From positions 24,458 to 88,457 of the forward strand of contig JAXLQU010000013.1 in the NCBI GenBank assembly GCA_046331425.1: a stretch of 64,000 nucleotides of DNA, given 5' to 3'. Below, piece by piece: positions 9,074 to 18,286 of this stretch. The stretch comes from Acidobacteriota bacterium. GTDB lineage: Bacteria; Acidobacteriota; Polarisedimenticolia; J045. Under the pieces are notes generated by a model. That model was not told the DNA's origin and did not search any database. It was given only the letters and a program-made list of their open reading frames with translations. Each line of letters starts with the position of its first letter. Positions within the stretch are counted from its first letter, which is position 1. The position numbers and the translations under genes were made by a program.

Positions 9074-10137
9074 GCTCCTCCTCGAAGCCACTCGACAACA
9101 AGACCGTGCTGATCACCGGCGGCACCGGTTCGTTCGGCCGCGCCTTCCTCCGCATGGCGCTCACCGAACAATCGCCGCGCAAGCTCATCGTCTTCTCGCG
9201 CGACGAGTGCAAGCAGTGGGAGATGCAGCAGCAAGACCCGCTGTTTCGCGACGAGCGGCTGCGCTACTTTCTGGGCGACGTGCGCGACAGCGACCGCCTG
9301 CTGCGCGCCTTCCGCGACGTCGATTACGTGGTGCACGCCGCCGCACTGAAGCACGTGCCCGCCGCCGAATACAACCCCACCGAGTTCATCAAAACCAACA
9401 TCCACGGCGCGATGAACGTTATCGACGCCGCACTCGATCGCAACGTCGAGAAAGTGATTGCACTCTCCACCGACAAAGCCACCAACCCAATCAATCTCTA
9501 CGGCGCCACCAAGTTGTGCAGCGATAAGCTGTTCGTGCACGGCAACGCCTACAGCGGCGCACATCCGCGCCCCTCGTTCGCCGTGGTGCGCTACGGCAAT
9601 GTGCTCGGCTCGCGCGGCAGCATCGTGCAGCACTGGAAGGCCAAGCTCGACGCCGGAGAACGCGAGCTGCCGCTCACCGACCCACGCATGACACGCTTTT
9701 GGATCACCCTCGACGACGCGGTGCGATTCACGATCAACGCCTTCAGCCAAATGCTCGGCGGCGAGATCTTCGTGCCGCGCATCCCCAGCATGTCGCTCAC
9801 CGATCTCGGCCGCGCGATCGACCCCACCGCCCGTTTCAAAGAGATCGGCATTCGCCCCGGTGAAAAGCTGCACGAGCTTCTGATAGGCGAAGACGACGCG
9901 CGGCGCACGCTGCGCTTCGACAAGCACTACGTGATTGCCCCCGAAGGACTCGGCGAACGATTCGCCACACTCGCCACGCTGCAACAATCCGGCGGCGTTC
10001 GTCTTCCCGACGGCTTCGAGTACAGCTCCGACAAGAACGACGAATGGCTCGACACCGCCGCGTTGCGACGCTTGCTCGAGCACTCCGGCGCACTCGACCA
10101 CACCAACGCGGTGCCGACAGCACGATGCGCGCCCTGA
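9070..10137 (+). CDS. pseB: UDP-N-acetylglucosamine 4,6-dehydratase (inverting), PseB/FlaA1 family
   Basis: 355 aa. TGGTGSFG Rossmann motif, YGATKLCSDKLF catalytic motif, FSRDECKQWEM. ATG 9070 overlaps the pseC stop (ATGA). Confidence 0.88.
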   Translation: MSSSSKPLDNKTVLITGGTGSFGRAFLRMALTEQSPRKLIVFSRDECKQWEMQQQDPLFRDERLRYFLGDVRDSDRLLRAFRDVDYVVHAAALKHVPAAEYNPTEFIKTNIHGAMNVIDAALDRNVEKVIALSTDKATNPINLYGATKLCSDKLFVHGNAYSGAHPRPSFAVVRYGNVLGSRGSIVQHWKAKLDAGERELPLTDPRMTRFWITLDDAVRFTINAFSQMLGGEIFVPRIPSMSLTDLGRAIDPTARFKEIGIRPGEKLHELLIGEDDARRTLRFDKHYVIAPEGLGERFATLATLQQSGGVRLPDGFEYSSDKNDEWLDTAALRRLLEHSGALDHTNAVPTARCAP

Positions 10138-11086
10138 TTCGATGCGATGCCGGCCGCGAACTCGACTCGGCCACGCGATGCGCTGCCGCACCCTGGCGTC
10201 GTCGCTCAAAGCCTCCGGTTGGCAGGTCGACTGGGCCTGCCGCGCCTCAGCCGAACTGCTGCAAGTGCTCGGCCGCCACCCCGATCTGTCGCTCCCCGGC
10301 GAGCCATCGTTCGCGCCGCTCCCCAGCAGCGAAGCCGAGGCACTCGGCAACTTCGCGCGCGGCGCCGAGTGGGTTGTCGTCGATCACTACGGTGCCGATA
10401 CCGCGTGGCTCACGCGCCTGCGCGAGGCAGGCCGCGGCGCGCAGATCTTGCTGCTGGACGATCATCAAACGCGCGACGGCGCCGACCTACGACTCGCGCC
10501 AATGCAGCCACACTCACCGCACACTCTGTCGGGCCTCGAGTACCTGATGCTGCGCGCGCCGTTCTGCGGCATGCGCAATCACCCCGCGCAGCCTCGGAGC
10601 GGCTTCGTGATTTGCATCGGCGGCACTGACCCGCAGCACCTCACTCGCGCCGCGGTAGAACAACTGATCACGCTTGGCGGGCAACTCCCCGAACTCACCG
10701 TGCTCAGCGGCGACACGCTCCTGGATAGTCTGCTCACGCGCTGGCCCGTTCCCGCGCGGCGCCACACGTGGCTCGATGCCGATCCTCTTGCACGCCTGCT
10801 TGCACAGACACAAGCAGCGCTGGTCGCCACATCGGGAGTTGCCTTCGAGGCGTTGGCAATGGGCACGCCAATCGTCGGCTTGCAGTGGGCGGACAATCAA
10901 ACGCAACACGCGCAGCGTTTGTTGGAAGCCGGTATTCCTGTCACGCCAAACGTGCAGATGTCGGCCACACTCCTGCATCGTGGTTGTGCGGTGGCGGCGC
11001 GCCTCTCCGATGGCGGCGGCGTCAAACGCGTGGTGCAAGCGATGACGGCACACGTCGAGGTGACCAAGACATGGGCCTCGCGCTAA
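10125..11086 (+). CDS. pseG: UDP-2,4-diacetamido-2,4,6-trideoxy-beta-L-altropyranose hydrolase PseG (GT28-like) with a 1-nt frameshift near 10173-10177
   Basis: N-terminal MRALIRCDAGRELDS is in frame 0 (ATG 10125, overlapping the pseB end). GHAMRCRTLASSLKASGWQVDW and the rest (...GIGGTDPQH...ALAMGTPIVG) are in the frame of ORF 9935..11086. One extra G in the GG run near 10175 would join them. Confidence 0.7.
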
Positions 11087-11733
11087 CGATCCTCAGCGAT
11101 GCGGGCCACTGGCTCGAGCCGGCGTTGGAAACGCTGGCCGACGAGTGGCGCGCGCAAGGGCACACCGTGCGACGCGTGCATACCGCCGCTGCACTCCCGC
11201 ACGGCGATCTGTGCTTCATGCTCGGCTGCGGGCAAATCGTGTCGCCCGAGCTGCTCGCGCATCACACACACAACTTGGTGACACACGAAAGCGCGCTGCC
11301 GCATGGGCGCGGATGGTCGCCGTTGACGTGGCAGGTCTTGGAAGGCCAACGGCAGATCCCCGTCGTGCTGTTTGAAGCGGCGCCACGCGTGGACGAAGGG
11401 CCGATCTATCTGCGCACCACCATCGCGCTCAACGGCAACGAGCTCGTCGATGAACTTCGCGCCGCACAAACCCAAGCCACCTTCTCGCTGTGCCGCGAGT
11501 TCGTCGCCAAGTACCCTGAGGTCCTGAGCCACGCCCAAGCGCAGAACGGCGTCCCCTCGCGCTACCCACGACGAATCCCGGCAACCAGCGAGCTTTTCCT
11601 CGACCAAACACTGGAAGAAGCGTTCGACCTGCTACGCGTCTGCGACCCAGAGCGATACCCCGCCTTCTTCGATCGCGACGGCCAGCGCTACTACCTGACG
11701 CTCAGCAAGGAGCCTCCATGCCGCAGCCGCTGA
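11071..11733 (+). CDS. Sugar N-formyltransferase-like protein (Formyl_trans_N domain only), sitting where pseH normally lies
   Basis: 220 aa. HESALPHGRGWSPLTWQVLEG matches the formyltransferase HxSLLPxxRG core (FMT/PurN/ArnA-N/WbtJ-like). Its start overlaps the pseG end by 16 nt. Confidence 0.65.
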   Translation: MGLALTILSDAGHWLEPALETLADEWRAQGHTVRRVHTAAALPHGDLCFMLGCGQIVSPELLAHHTHNLVTHESALPHGRGWSPLTWQVLEGQRQIPVVLFEAAPRVDEGPIYLRTTIALNGNELVDELRAAQTQATFSLCREFVAKYPEVLSHAQAQNGVPSRYPRRIPATSELFLDQTLEEAFDLLRVCDPERYPAFFDRDGQRYYLTLSKEPPCRSR

Positions 11734-12887
11734 TGATCGAGTCGCGGCCAATCGGTGCCGGGCATCCTGCGTTGATCGTTGCGGAGTTGTCGGCCAATCA
11801 CGGCGGCAGTCTCGATCGCGCGCTCGAGTTGGTTCGATTGGCGCACGACGCCGGCGCCGACGCAATCAAATTGCAAACCTATCGCCCCGACACCATGACA
11901 ATCGATTGCACTGCGCCGTGGTTTCGCGTGCAGGGCGGCTTGTGGCACGGCCGCACACTGTGGGACTTGTACACCGAAGCGCACACGCCGTGGGAATGGC
12001 ACGAGCCGTTGTTCGCCGAAGCGCGACGCTGCGGCCTGCTCGCCTTCAGCACACCGTTCGATGCCACGTCGGTCGACTTCTTGGAGCGCTTCAACTTGCC
12101 CTGCTACAAGATCGCCAGCTTCGAAGTCGGTGATTTACCGCTGCTCGAGCGTGTCGCTGAAACGAAGCGGCCCGTAATAGTCAGCACCGGCATGGCGTCG
12201 CTCGATGAAATCGAGCAAGCGGTCGCGACATTGCGAAACGGTGGCTGCCCCAACGTGATTCTGCTGAGCTGCGTCTCTGCCTACCCTGCCGAACCGCGTG
12301 ACTTCAAGCTGCGCAACCTGCCAATGCTCGCCGATCGGTTTGATGTTCACGCAGGACTCTCCGATCACAGCAGCGGATCGCTGGTCGCCGTGACCGCCAC
12401 CGCGCTCGGCGCCCGCGTGATCGAGAAGCACTTCTGTCGCCGGCGCAGCGACGGTGGCCCCGATGCCGCATTCAGCGCCGAACCCGAGGAGTTTGCCGAT
12501 CTCGTGCGTGCCGTGCGCAACACTGAATCGATGCTTCAGCCGAGCAGACTCGGTCCGTCATTGGCGGAAGAAGGAAGCTTGGTGTTTCGCCGCTCGCTGT
12601 TTGCGGTGCGCGACATTGCGCCGGGCGAGTTGTTCACCAGCGAGAACGTGCGCGTGATCCGCCCCGGATTTGGCCTGCCTCCGGGCGATCTGCCGCGCGT
12701 CCTGGGAAGAACCGCCGCGACCGCGCTCCAACGCGGAACCCCGCTCGCTTGGGAGCATGTGTCGGGCCGCGATCGCCGCGACGACGCTCACGGTGTCGTT
12801 GCGGGCACTACCAACGCTGCCAGTGCGAGCGCCGGCACAAGCGGCGACCTCGCCATCAACTCCCGCGGTTGGTCATCACGTCGATGA
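11718..12887 (+). CDS. pseI: Pseudaminic acid synthase (NeuB family) with an unusual low-complexity C-terminal tail
   Basis: 389 aa. ALIVAELSANHGGSLDRALELVRLAHDAGADAIKLQTY and the SAF-like C-terminal region are as in NeuB/PseI. About 45 extra residues at the C-terminus (…DRRDDAHGVVAGTTNAASASAGTSGDLAINSRGWSSRR). Confidence 0.88.
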   Translation: MPQPLMIESRPIGAGHPALIVAELSANHGGSLDRALELVRLAHDAGADAIKLQTYRPDTMTIDCTAPWFRVQGGLWHGRTLWDLYTEAHTPWEWHEPLFAEARRCGLLAFSTPFDATSVDFLERFNLPCYKIASFEVGDLPLLERVAETKRPVIVSTGMASLDEIEQAVATLRNGGCPNVILLSCVSAYPAEPRDFKLRNLPMLADRFDVHAGLSDHSSGSLVAVTATALGARVIEKHFCRRRSDGGPDAAFSAEPEEFADLVRAVRNTESMLQPSRLGPSLAEEGSLVFRRSLFAVRDIAPGELFTSENVRVIRPGFGLPPGDLPRVLGRTAATALQRGTPLAWEHVSGRDRRDDAHGVVAGTTNAASASAGTSGDLAINSRGWSSRR

Positions 12888-13564
12888 GCGACGTTCTCAT
12901 CTTCGGCGCGCAGCGCGACATCATGCTGCCTGCGTTTCATGCGCTCACCGCTAACATACCCTGCGTGTTGGTGCGCCGCCCCGAAGATCTCTCCATTGCG
13001 TTGCTCGAGCGCGTCAAACCGCGCCTGGTGGTGCTCCCCGACTGGAGTTGGATCGTCCCCGACGATCTACTCGCGCGCGCAACCTTCATCGGCTTCCACG
13101 CTTCCGCCCTGCCCGACTACCGCGGCGGCTCGCCGTTGCAACATCAAATCTTGGACGGCCTCAACGAAACCAAGCTGACGATGTTTCGCATGGCCGCCGG
13201 TCTCGACAACGGACCGATCCTGCTCGATGCACCGCTCTCGCTGGCTGGCACCATCAGCGAGATCTGGCAGCGCATCGCCGCGTTGGTGCCACCAATGGTG
13301 ACCCGCTTGCTTCACGGCGATGTCGAGGAGAAACCCCAACCAATCGGCGGCTTCGTGCGCAAGCGCCGCACCCCCGATCAAAGCGAACTGACCGACCCCG
13401 CGCTGTCGCTCTCGCGTTGGTACGACATGCTTCGTGCGCTCGACGACCCCTACCCCAACGCGTTCGTGCGCGTTGGCGGCAAGCGAATCGCGTTCCGCAA
13501 GCCGCGCCTCAGCGGCGACGCGCTGATCGCCGAAGCAGTCATTCGCGAGGAGCCGTCGAAATGA
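12884..13564 (+). CDS. Second formyltransferase-domain protein (Formyl_trans_N-like)
   Basis: 226 aa. HASALPDYRGGSPLQHQILDG is again the formyltransferase core. It is a paralogue of 11071..11733. ATG 12884 overlaps the pseI stop (ATGA). Confidence 0.6.
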   Translation: MSDVLIFGAQRDIMLPAFHALTANIPCVLVRRPEDLSIALLERVKPRLVVLPDWSWIVPDDLLARATFIGFHASALPDYRGGSPLQHQILDGLNETKLTMFRMAAGLDNGPILLDAPLSLAGTISEIWQRIAALVPPMVTRLLHGDVEEKPQPIGGFVRKRRTPDQSELTDPALSLSRWYDMLRALDDPYPNAFVRVGGKRIAFRKPRLSGDALIAEAVIREEPSK

Positions 13565-14298
13565 TCCACTCGCACGGACCGGTGCTGGTGATTGCCGCGC
13601 ATCCCGACGACGAAGTGCTCGGCTGCGGCGGCACCATCGCGCGCCTCGCTGCCGAGGGGCGCGATGTACAGATTGCGATTTTGGTGGAGGGGCTCACCTC
13701 TCGCGATGATCAACGCGACGCCGCCAAGCACGCAGCCGCACTGGCCGAGCTGCGCGCCACCGCGCAGCGTGTCGCCACATCGCTCGGCGCGCGAGCACTT
13801 CACACCTTCGGCCTCCCCGACAACCGGCTCGACACCGTACCGATGCTCGATGTCGTCAAGATCTGCGAATCACTGATCGAGACGATTCAACCCAGCGTGA
13901 TCTTCACGCACCACGCCGGCGATTTGAACGTCGATCACCGCGTCATTTCGCAAGCGGTGCTCACCGCAACACGGCCGATTGCCTCGCGCCCTGTACTGCA
14001 GGTGATCGCCTTCGAAGTGGCCAGCAGCACCGAGTGGTCGTTCCAACAGATAGCGCCACCATTCAGCCCCAACCTGTTCGTCGACATCGCCGCCACGCTC
14101 CCGCAGAAGATCGCCGCGATGAAGGCGTACGACGGCGAGTACCGCCCGTTCCCTCACCCGCGATCTGCCGAAGCGCTCGAAGCGCAAGCCAAGCGCTGGG
14201 GATCGACCGCGGGCCTGATGGCGGCTGAGGCGTTTCAGATTGTGCGCTCGATTGTTCGATGTGAAGTGCTGGCGTCTGCTGCGAGCAACCAGAGTTGA
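13561..14298 (+). CDS. PIG-L/LmbE family N-acetyl-sugar deacetylase
   Basis: 245 aa. VLVIAAHPDDEVLGCGGTIA and HHAGDLNVDHR are the PIG-L zinc-site motifs. ATG 13561 overlaps the previous stop (ATGA). Confidence 0.8.
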   Translation: MIHSHGPVLVIAAHPDDEVLGCGGTIARLAAEGRDVQIAILVEGLTSRDDQRDAAKHAAALAELRATAQRVATSLGARALHTFGLPDNRLDTVPMLDVVKICESLIETIQPSVIFTHHAGDLNVDHRVISQAVLTATRPIASRPVLQVIAFEVASSTEWSFQQIAPPFSPNLFVDIAATLPQKIAAMKAYDGEYRPFPHPRSAEALEAQAKRWGSTAGLMAAEAFQIVRSIVRCEVLASAASNQS

Positions 14299-14304
14299 GT
14301 TGCT

Positions 14305-14548
14305 TAGGAGTGAGTCGTCAGGACGTAGGTCCGGCCGTCGTCACGGCGCCTGTTTCGCGGCTCGTCTCTGAGGATTCCGGGATATAGTCTCGTGTCGCTC
14401 TGCCGTGTAAGCAGTCGGACATAGCACGGCGGACAAAACTGCTGCGACGGAAGGAAGACCATGCGGTTGTGGAGCTTCCAATATCTCGCGTGCGAAACGT
14501 CGGTCTTTCTCAGGCCGTCGATTTCCAATTAGGCCGACATGGCATGAG
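14305..14548 (+). repeat. Conserved leader module, copy 1: promoter-like -10, ~160-nt 5' leader and a 23-codon uORF
   Basis: About 75% identical to 19037-19280. GGGATATAGTCT at 14376-14387. uORF ATG 14449 (MRLWSFQYLACETSVFLRPSISN*) preceded by GGAAGGAAG. Ends in TTAGGCCGAC just before ATG 14545. Confidence 0.6.
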
Positions 14549-14975
14549 CCACGAAGTGTTCTTCATTCTGGACGCTTGCTTTCAAGGCGACCTCTGCAAG
14601 CTGTCGCGCAGGGGACATGTTTGGCTGCTCAAGTCGTCAGCAAACGAAGTGCTCGCTCGGTCCGTCTGGAGCCGCGAGACCGAGGACCATTCGCCGGAGC
14701 GCGGGGTAACAACGTTTGACGGCTCGGAGGACTCTCTCGAAGACTTCTACCGTTTTCTGGGCAAGATCGACCTACACCACGGCGAGTACTCGGCGCCCAA
14801 GCCGTGGGATGTTATCCATGTCAGTGGCGTGCCGTTCGACCTCGTGCAGCCTAATCGCATGGCGCAGGAACTCGGGCTCCATGCGATTGTGTCAGAGGTC
14901 GAGGAGCAAGGGTTTGCGATCAGACGAGCCGCCCAACAAGACGATGCACCTGACGGTGCTTCGCACCGCAAGTGA
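14545..14975 (+). CDS. Hypothetical protein downstream of leader module copy 1. The track ORF starts at GTG 14469 inside the conserved module.
   Basis: 143 aa from ATG 14545 (MSHEVFFILDACFQGDL...). No recognisable domain. Start is ambiguous because the upstream in-frame region is conserved at DNA level with copy 2. Confidence 0.4.
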
Positions 14976-15014
14976 TCGCCAAGGCGTTGGACCGAAACGG
15001 AGAGCAGCAGGCAG

Positions 15015-15473
15015 ATGCGTCTTGAAACGGAAGATGGCCTCTCACTCGAGCTTCGAATTCTCGGCTATCAGTTTCCAGACATGCGAACCAACAGTCAGGA
15101 CTCGAACTGGCTCATCATCGAGGGCGAGGTCGCGCATCCGCGCGGCGCCTGGACGTTCCGCGATCCTTGCCTGCTCGCTTACGAGGTGTCCCGACTCGCT
15201 GACTGGCTTGGTTCGCTCGCGCGCGGGACACCCACCTCGGGCGAGAAGAGTTTCATGGAGCCGAACATCAGCTTCAGGTCGGTGGAATCGCCGACGGGGC
15301 CCAACGTTCGCGTTTACTTCGAACTGGAGGCCCGCCCGCCTTGGGCCCCGTCGGACGTCGTGGATGAGGAACAGTGCTGGATCGATTTCCCGGTTTCCGA
15401 GTTGGAGCTCCACAGAGCTGCACTCTCCCTGCTCGATCAGCTGAAGAAATACCCGCAGAGAGCGGCGCAATAA
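15015..15473 (+). CDS. Hypothetical protein (152 aa)
   Basis: ORF with plausible start. No recognised domain. Confidence 0.4.
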   Translation: MRLETEDGLSLELRILGYQFPDMRTNSQDSNWLIIEGEVAHPRGAWTFRDPCLLAYEVSRLADWLGSLARGTPTSGEKSFMEPNISFRSVESPTGPNVRVYFELEARPPWAPSDVVDEEQCWIDFPVSELELHRAALSLLDQLKKYPQRAAQ

Positions 15474-15625
15474 CGGAGGGGTGCGGCCTAGCTCGCCGTT
15501 GCAGTCGGACGGGCGCGTCGGTCGCGGTGCTCCCTCGTGCGCGCGCAGATGAACGGCAGAGCATCGTTCGCCAAGCGAACGTAGCTCGTCGTACCCTACG
15601 CCGTGATCTGCTGGAGGCTGCGTCC

Positions 15626-15841
15626 ATGTCGGGTGAATTCACTGCGGTGTTTGAGCGAGACGGAGAATGGGTTATCGCATTCTGCCCAGAAGTCCCAGGC
15701 GCAAACGGGCAGGGTCCAACCGAAGAAGAAGCCGCTACCAGTTTGGCGGAAGCGATACGACTGATCCTCGAGGACCGACGTGAAGATGGACTCAGAGGAG
15801 TACCTTCCGGCGCAACAATCGGAAAGGTCATGGTCAAGTGA
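15626..15841 (+). CDS. hicB: HicB-family antitoxin (UPF0150 / HicB_lk_antitox domain only)
   Basis: 71 aa. MSGEFTAVFERDGEWVIAFCPEVPGANGQGPTEEEAATSLAEAIRLILE matches the HicB N-terminal domain. ATG 15626. Confidence 0.72.
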   Translation: MSGEFTAVFERDGEWVIAFCPEVPGANGQGPTEEEAATSLAEAIRLILEDRREDGLRGVPSGATIGKVMVK

Positions 15842-16029
15842 AGCGCGGGGATCTGCTGAGGCTCCTTCGGATACACGGTTGCTAGTTGAAACGCGAGGGT
15901 GCCGCGCACTCACTCTGGTGTAACCCTCGAACAGGTTCTGTGGAAGCAGTGCCGAGACATCAAGAGATATCGAATCAGCTTGCACGCAACATCTGTCTCG
16001 GGCTTTCTGTTCTGGAGCCAGGGAGGTGA
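15838..16029 (+). pseudogene. hicA: hicA toxin gene interrupted by an in-frame TAG at 15883-15885
   Basis: GTG 15838 overlaps the hicB stop (GTGA). Translation VKRGDLLRLLRIHGC*LKREGAAHSLWCNPRTGSVEAVPRHQEISNQLARNICLGLSVLEPGR matches the HicA consensus (…GW.L.RqkGSH…PHPKKDL…ILKQAGL) apart from the amber codon at codon 16. Confidence 0.62.
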
Positions 16030-16459
16030 ACACTGCGATGTCGACCCAATGCCTCACACCGGTGGGCCTCGTTGTGCGTGGTGCAACTGGTGCGCTACGC
16101 TCGGCCCGCAGGTTAGGCATGCGTTAGACGCGCGATGGGTCGACGCGGCGCCCACTGCGTTGAGCAGTTGCATACTCCGCGGTGAACTTTCGGAGAAGTC
16201 AGATGACCGAGTCGCTCAAGGACGCATTTCGTGACGCGTCGAAGCCTCCCGGACAAAGTGAAGAACCGCGCTCGTCGCGCTTCTCGTGCGCTGTGAATGA
16301 AAGAAGACGACACGCTGATATGGTTCTGTTCACGGGCACACGACGAGTGCTTGCAGCTCTTGTCCAGCAGGCAAGGCGTCCAGCCACCCGTGCCGCCCGC
16401 CCCGCGGTCCGCAGGTGGGCGAGACTGTTAGGCCTCATGCAACGCACCGAGTACCGCGC

Positions 16460-16801
16460 ATGAAATTCCACTGCGAATGCGGACACACCATCGTTGACGC
16501 CGAAAGCCATTGGGCCAAGGGCCATCTCATCGCTGACGAAGACTACTTCTCGCTACTCGATGCGATCGATGAGGCGGTAGAATCGGGCGGCGCAACTGCC
16601 AAGGAAAAAGAAGCAACCTGCATGAAGGTTCGATCCCTGCACTCCAAGACTATGCGTTCCGCCTGGCAGTGTGATGCGTGTGCTCGCCTCTATATCGACA
16701 TGCCGGACGGCACGCTGCGATGCTTTGTGCCCAGTGACCCGAGTACTGCAAGCGGCGCATTCGCTTCCAGACTGAGGAGATCATCACGTGACGAATCCTG
16801 A
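16460..16801 (+). CDS. Hypothetical small Cys-rich (zinc-ribbon-like) protein
   Basis: MKFHCECGHTIVD…CDACARLYIDMPDGTLRC: paired C/H clusters. No family assigned. Confidence 0.35.
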   Translation: MKFHCECGHTIVDAESHWAKGHLIADEDYFSLLDAIDEAVESGGATAKEKEATCMKVRSLHSKTMRSAWQCDACARLYIDMPDGTLRCFVPSDPSTASGAFASRLRRSSRDES

Positions 16802-17300
16802 ATCGCAGCTTGCCAGCTACTTCGCGAAGTACGAGCCCTCGATAGCCAAGTTTGGAAAGGCGTTGCGCGCGAAGCTGCGTGCTCGCCTGCCCGGCCTGTT
16901 CGAGATCGTCTACGTGTACGAAAACCAGGACGCGCTCGTGATCTCGTACTCTCCAACCAAGTGGGGCCACGAGGGAGTGTGCTCGATCGCGCTCTACCCG
17001 AGTAGCGTGAAGCTGCACTTCGGGCAGGGCGCTTCGTTGTCGAAGTCGGATCCAAACAAGCTGTTGAAAGGCAGCGGCAAGACGGTGCGTCACATCGAGC
17101 TGAACGCGGTCTCGGACTTCGACCGCGCCGAGATAGAGGTGTTGATGGCGGCCGCTTTGAAGCTCGCGAAAGTGAAGCTGGATCCAAGCGCGGAGGGCGA
17201 GGTGATCATCAAAGCGGAGGAACAAAAGCAGCGCGCCGCGAAACGAAAGCAGCCCACCCAGCCGCCACGCGCGAGGCGGAAGAAGCCCGGCGCTGACTAG
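16788..17300 (+). CDS. DUF1801 (YdhG-like) domain protein
   Basis: 170 aa. IALYPSSVKLHFGQGASL…GKTVRHIELN resembles DUF1801. Lys/Arg-rich tail. Confidence 0.65.
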   Translation: MTNPESQLASYFAKYEPSIAKFGKALRAKLRARLPGLFEIVYVYENQDALVISYSPTKWGHEGVCSIALYPSSVKLHFGQGASLSKSDPNKLLKGSGKTVRHIELNAVSDFDRAEIEVLMAAALKLAKVKLDPSAEGEVIIKAEEQKQRAAKRKQPTQPPRARRKKPGAD

Positions 17301-17465
17301 CTGGCCGCGACTGCGATCATGAACTCGTTCGACAGCGGGCTTGATGGCGGCTGAGGCGTTCGAGATTGTCCGCTCGAGCACTCGCTGATGTACCCCCCTT
17401 GACCTGACGCACCGTCCGGGTGTTTAACGTGACGTCGGCCTGCTGCCAGGCGACAGGGGGCGATC

Positions 17466-18272
17466 ATGAAACGTGGACTCGTTGGATTAGTCGTGCTCGC
17501 GGCACTCTTCCCAGTCTCTTGTGCCATCACTAACTACCCAGTCATCACCGACGATCGTGGTGATTTCTCCGGCGTGATTCGGACCGGGCACAAGGCCTAT
17601 ATCCGCCCCGATCCATTCGGCTCGGTAGCCACGGTCTGGTCCGACGGTTCCGAGGAGTTGTTCACGATGGTGTCTCAGAACAACTATGGCGACCAAGTGC
17701 TGTACGGCTTCAACAACTTCGACCCCACGGCTTCCGTGATTTTCTTGGATCAGACCTACTGTGATTGGCGCTACGAAGGCTGCGAGTTCCTCCGCGCATG
17801 GAACCCACATCAGGACAATATCGACGACATCTTTGATTACGAGTACTTTCCAGATTGCTCAGGCGCACGCTCCCTGTCCGACCTCGTCTCCTACTCATCG
17901 CGCCTCGGCGAATGCGGTGACGGACTCTTCGCCGGGAATCAAGACCTGGCAGCAGAGTTTGCCAACCTCGCTACCACCACCTGGCGCGGCGGCACCGCGT
18001 ACATCGTTCCGTGCAACGCGAACACGATGTCGATCACGTTGGATGGCACGCAGCTCCCCATCTACGGGCAAGTCAACAGCATGCTCACGCCCGACCTCAA
18101 CTTCGTGTCGTCGATTACGCCCAACGTGCGCCACTCGCTGCGCTGGCTCTTGAACTGGACCGAGCAACACGGCCCGATCACACCGGCGACCATTCGCTAC
18201 GGCTCGTTCAGCATGGACGTGAGCATCAAGTTCCACGAGGCTGGCATTCGCTACAACCTGAGCCGCTTCTAG
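17466..18272 (+). CDS. Secreted cysteine-rich lipoprotein of unknown function
   Basis: Signal peptide MKRGLVGLVVLAALFPVSCA (lipobox-like). Eight further Cys (CDWRYEGCEF, DCSGA, ECGDG, PCNAN). Confidence 0.55.
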   Translation: MKRGLVGLVVLAALFPVSCAITNYPVITDDRGDFSGVIRTGHKAYIRPDPFGSVATVWSDGSEELFTMVSQNNYGDQVLYGFNNFDPTASVIFLDQTYCDWRYEGCEFLRAWNPHQDNIDDIFDYEYFPDCSGARSLSDLVSYSSRLGECGDGLFAGNQDLAAEFANLATTTWRGGTAYIVPCNANTMSITLDGTQLPIYGQVNSMLTPDLNFVSSITPNVRHSLRWLLNWTEQHGPITPATIRYGSFSMDVSIKFHEAGIRYNLSRF

Positions 18273-18286
18273 ACCGTAGCCGCGAA

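Noticed and set aside
14449-14520. Treating the conserved 23-codon ORF as a confidently annotated leader-peptide CDS
   Set aside because: Conservation is at nucleotide level in all three frames, and the substitutions between copies are mostly non-synonymous. Translation is plausible (SD plus ATG plus identical stop position) but unproven. It is kept as a finding rather than a feature.
14305-14548. Possibility that the duplicated leader module is a retron msr/msd ncRNA
   Set aside because: A retron ncRNA should be followed by a reverse transcriptase gene. Neither downstream protein (14545..14975, 19269..19958) has RT motifs (no YxDD, no fingers/palm pattern), and flanking a1/a2 inverted repeats were not evident.
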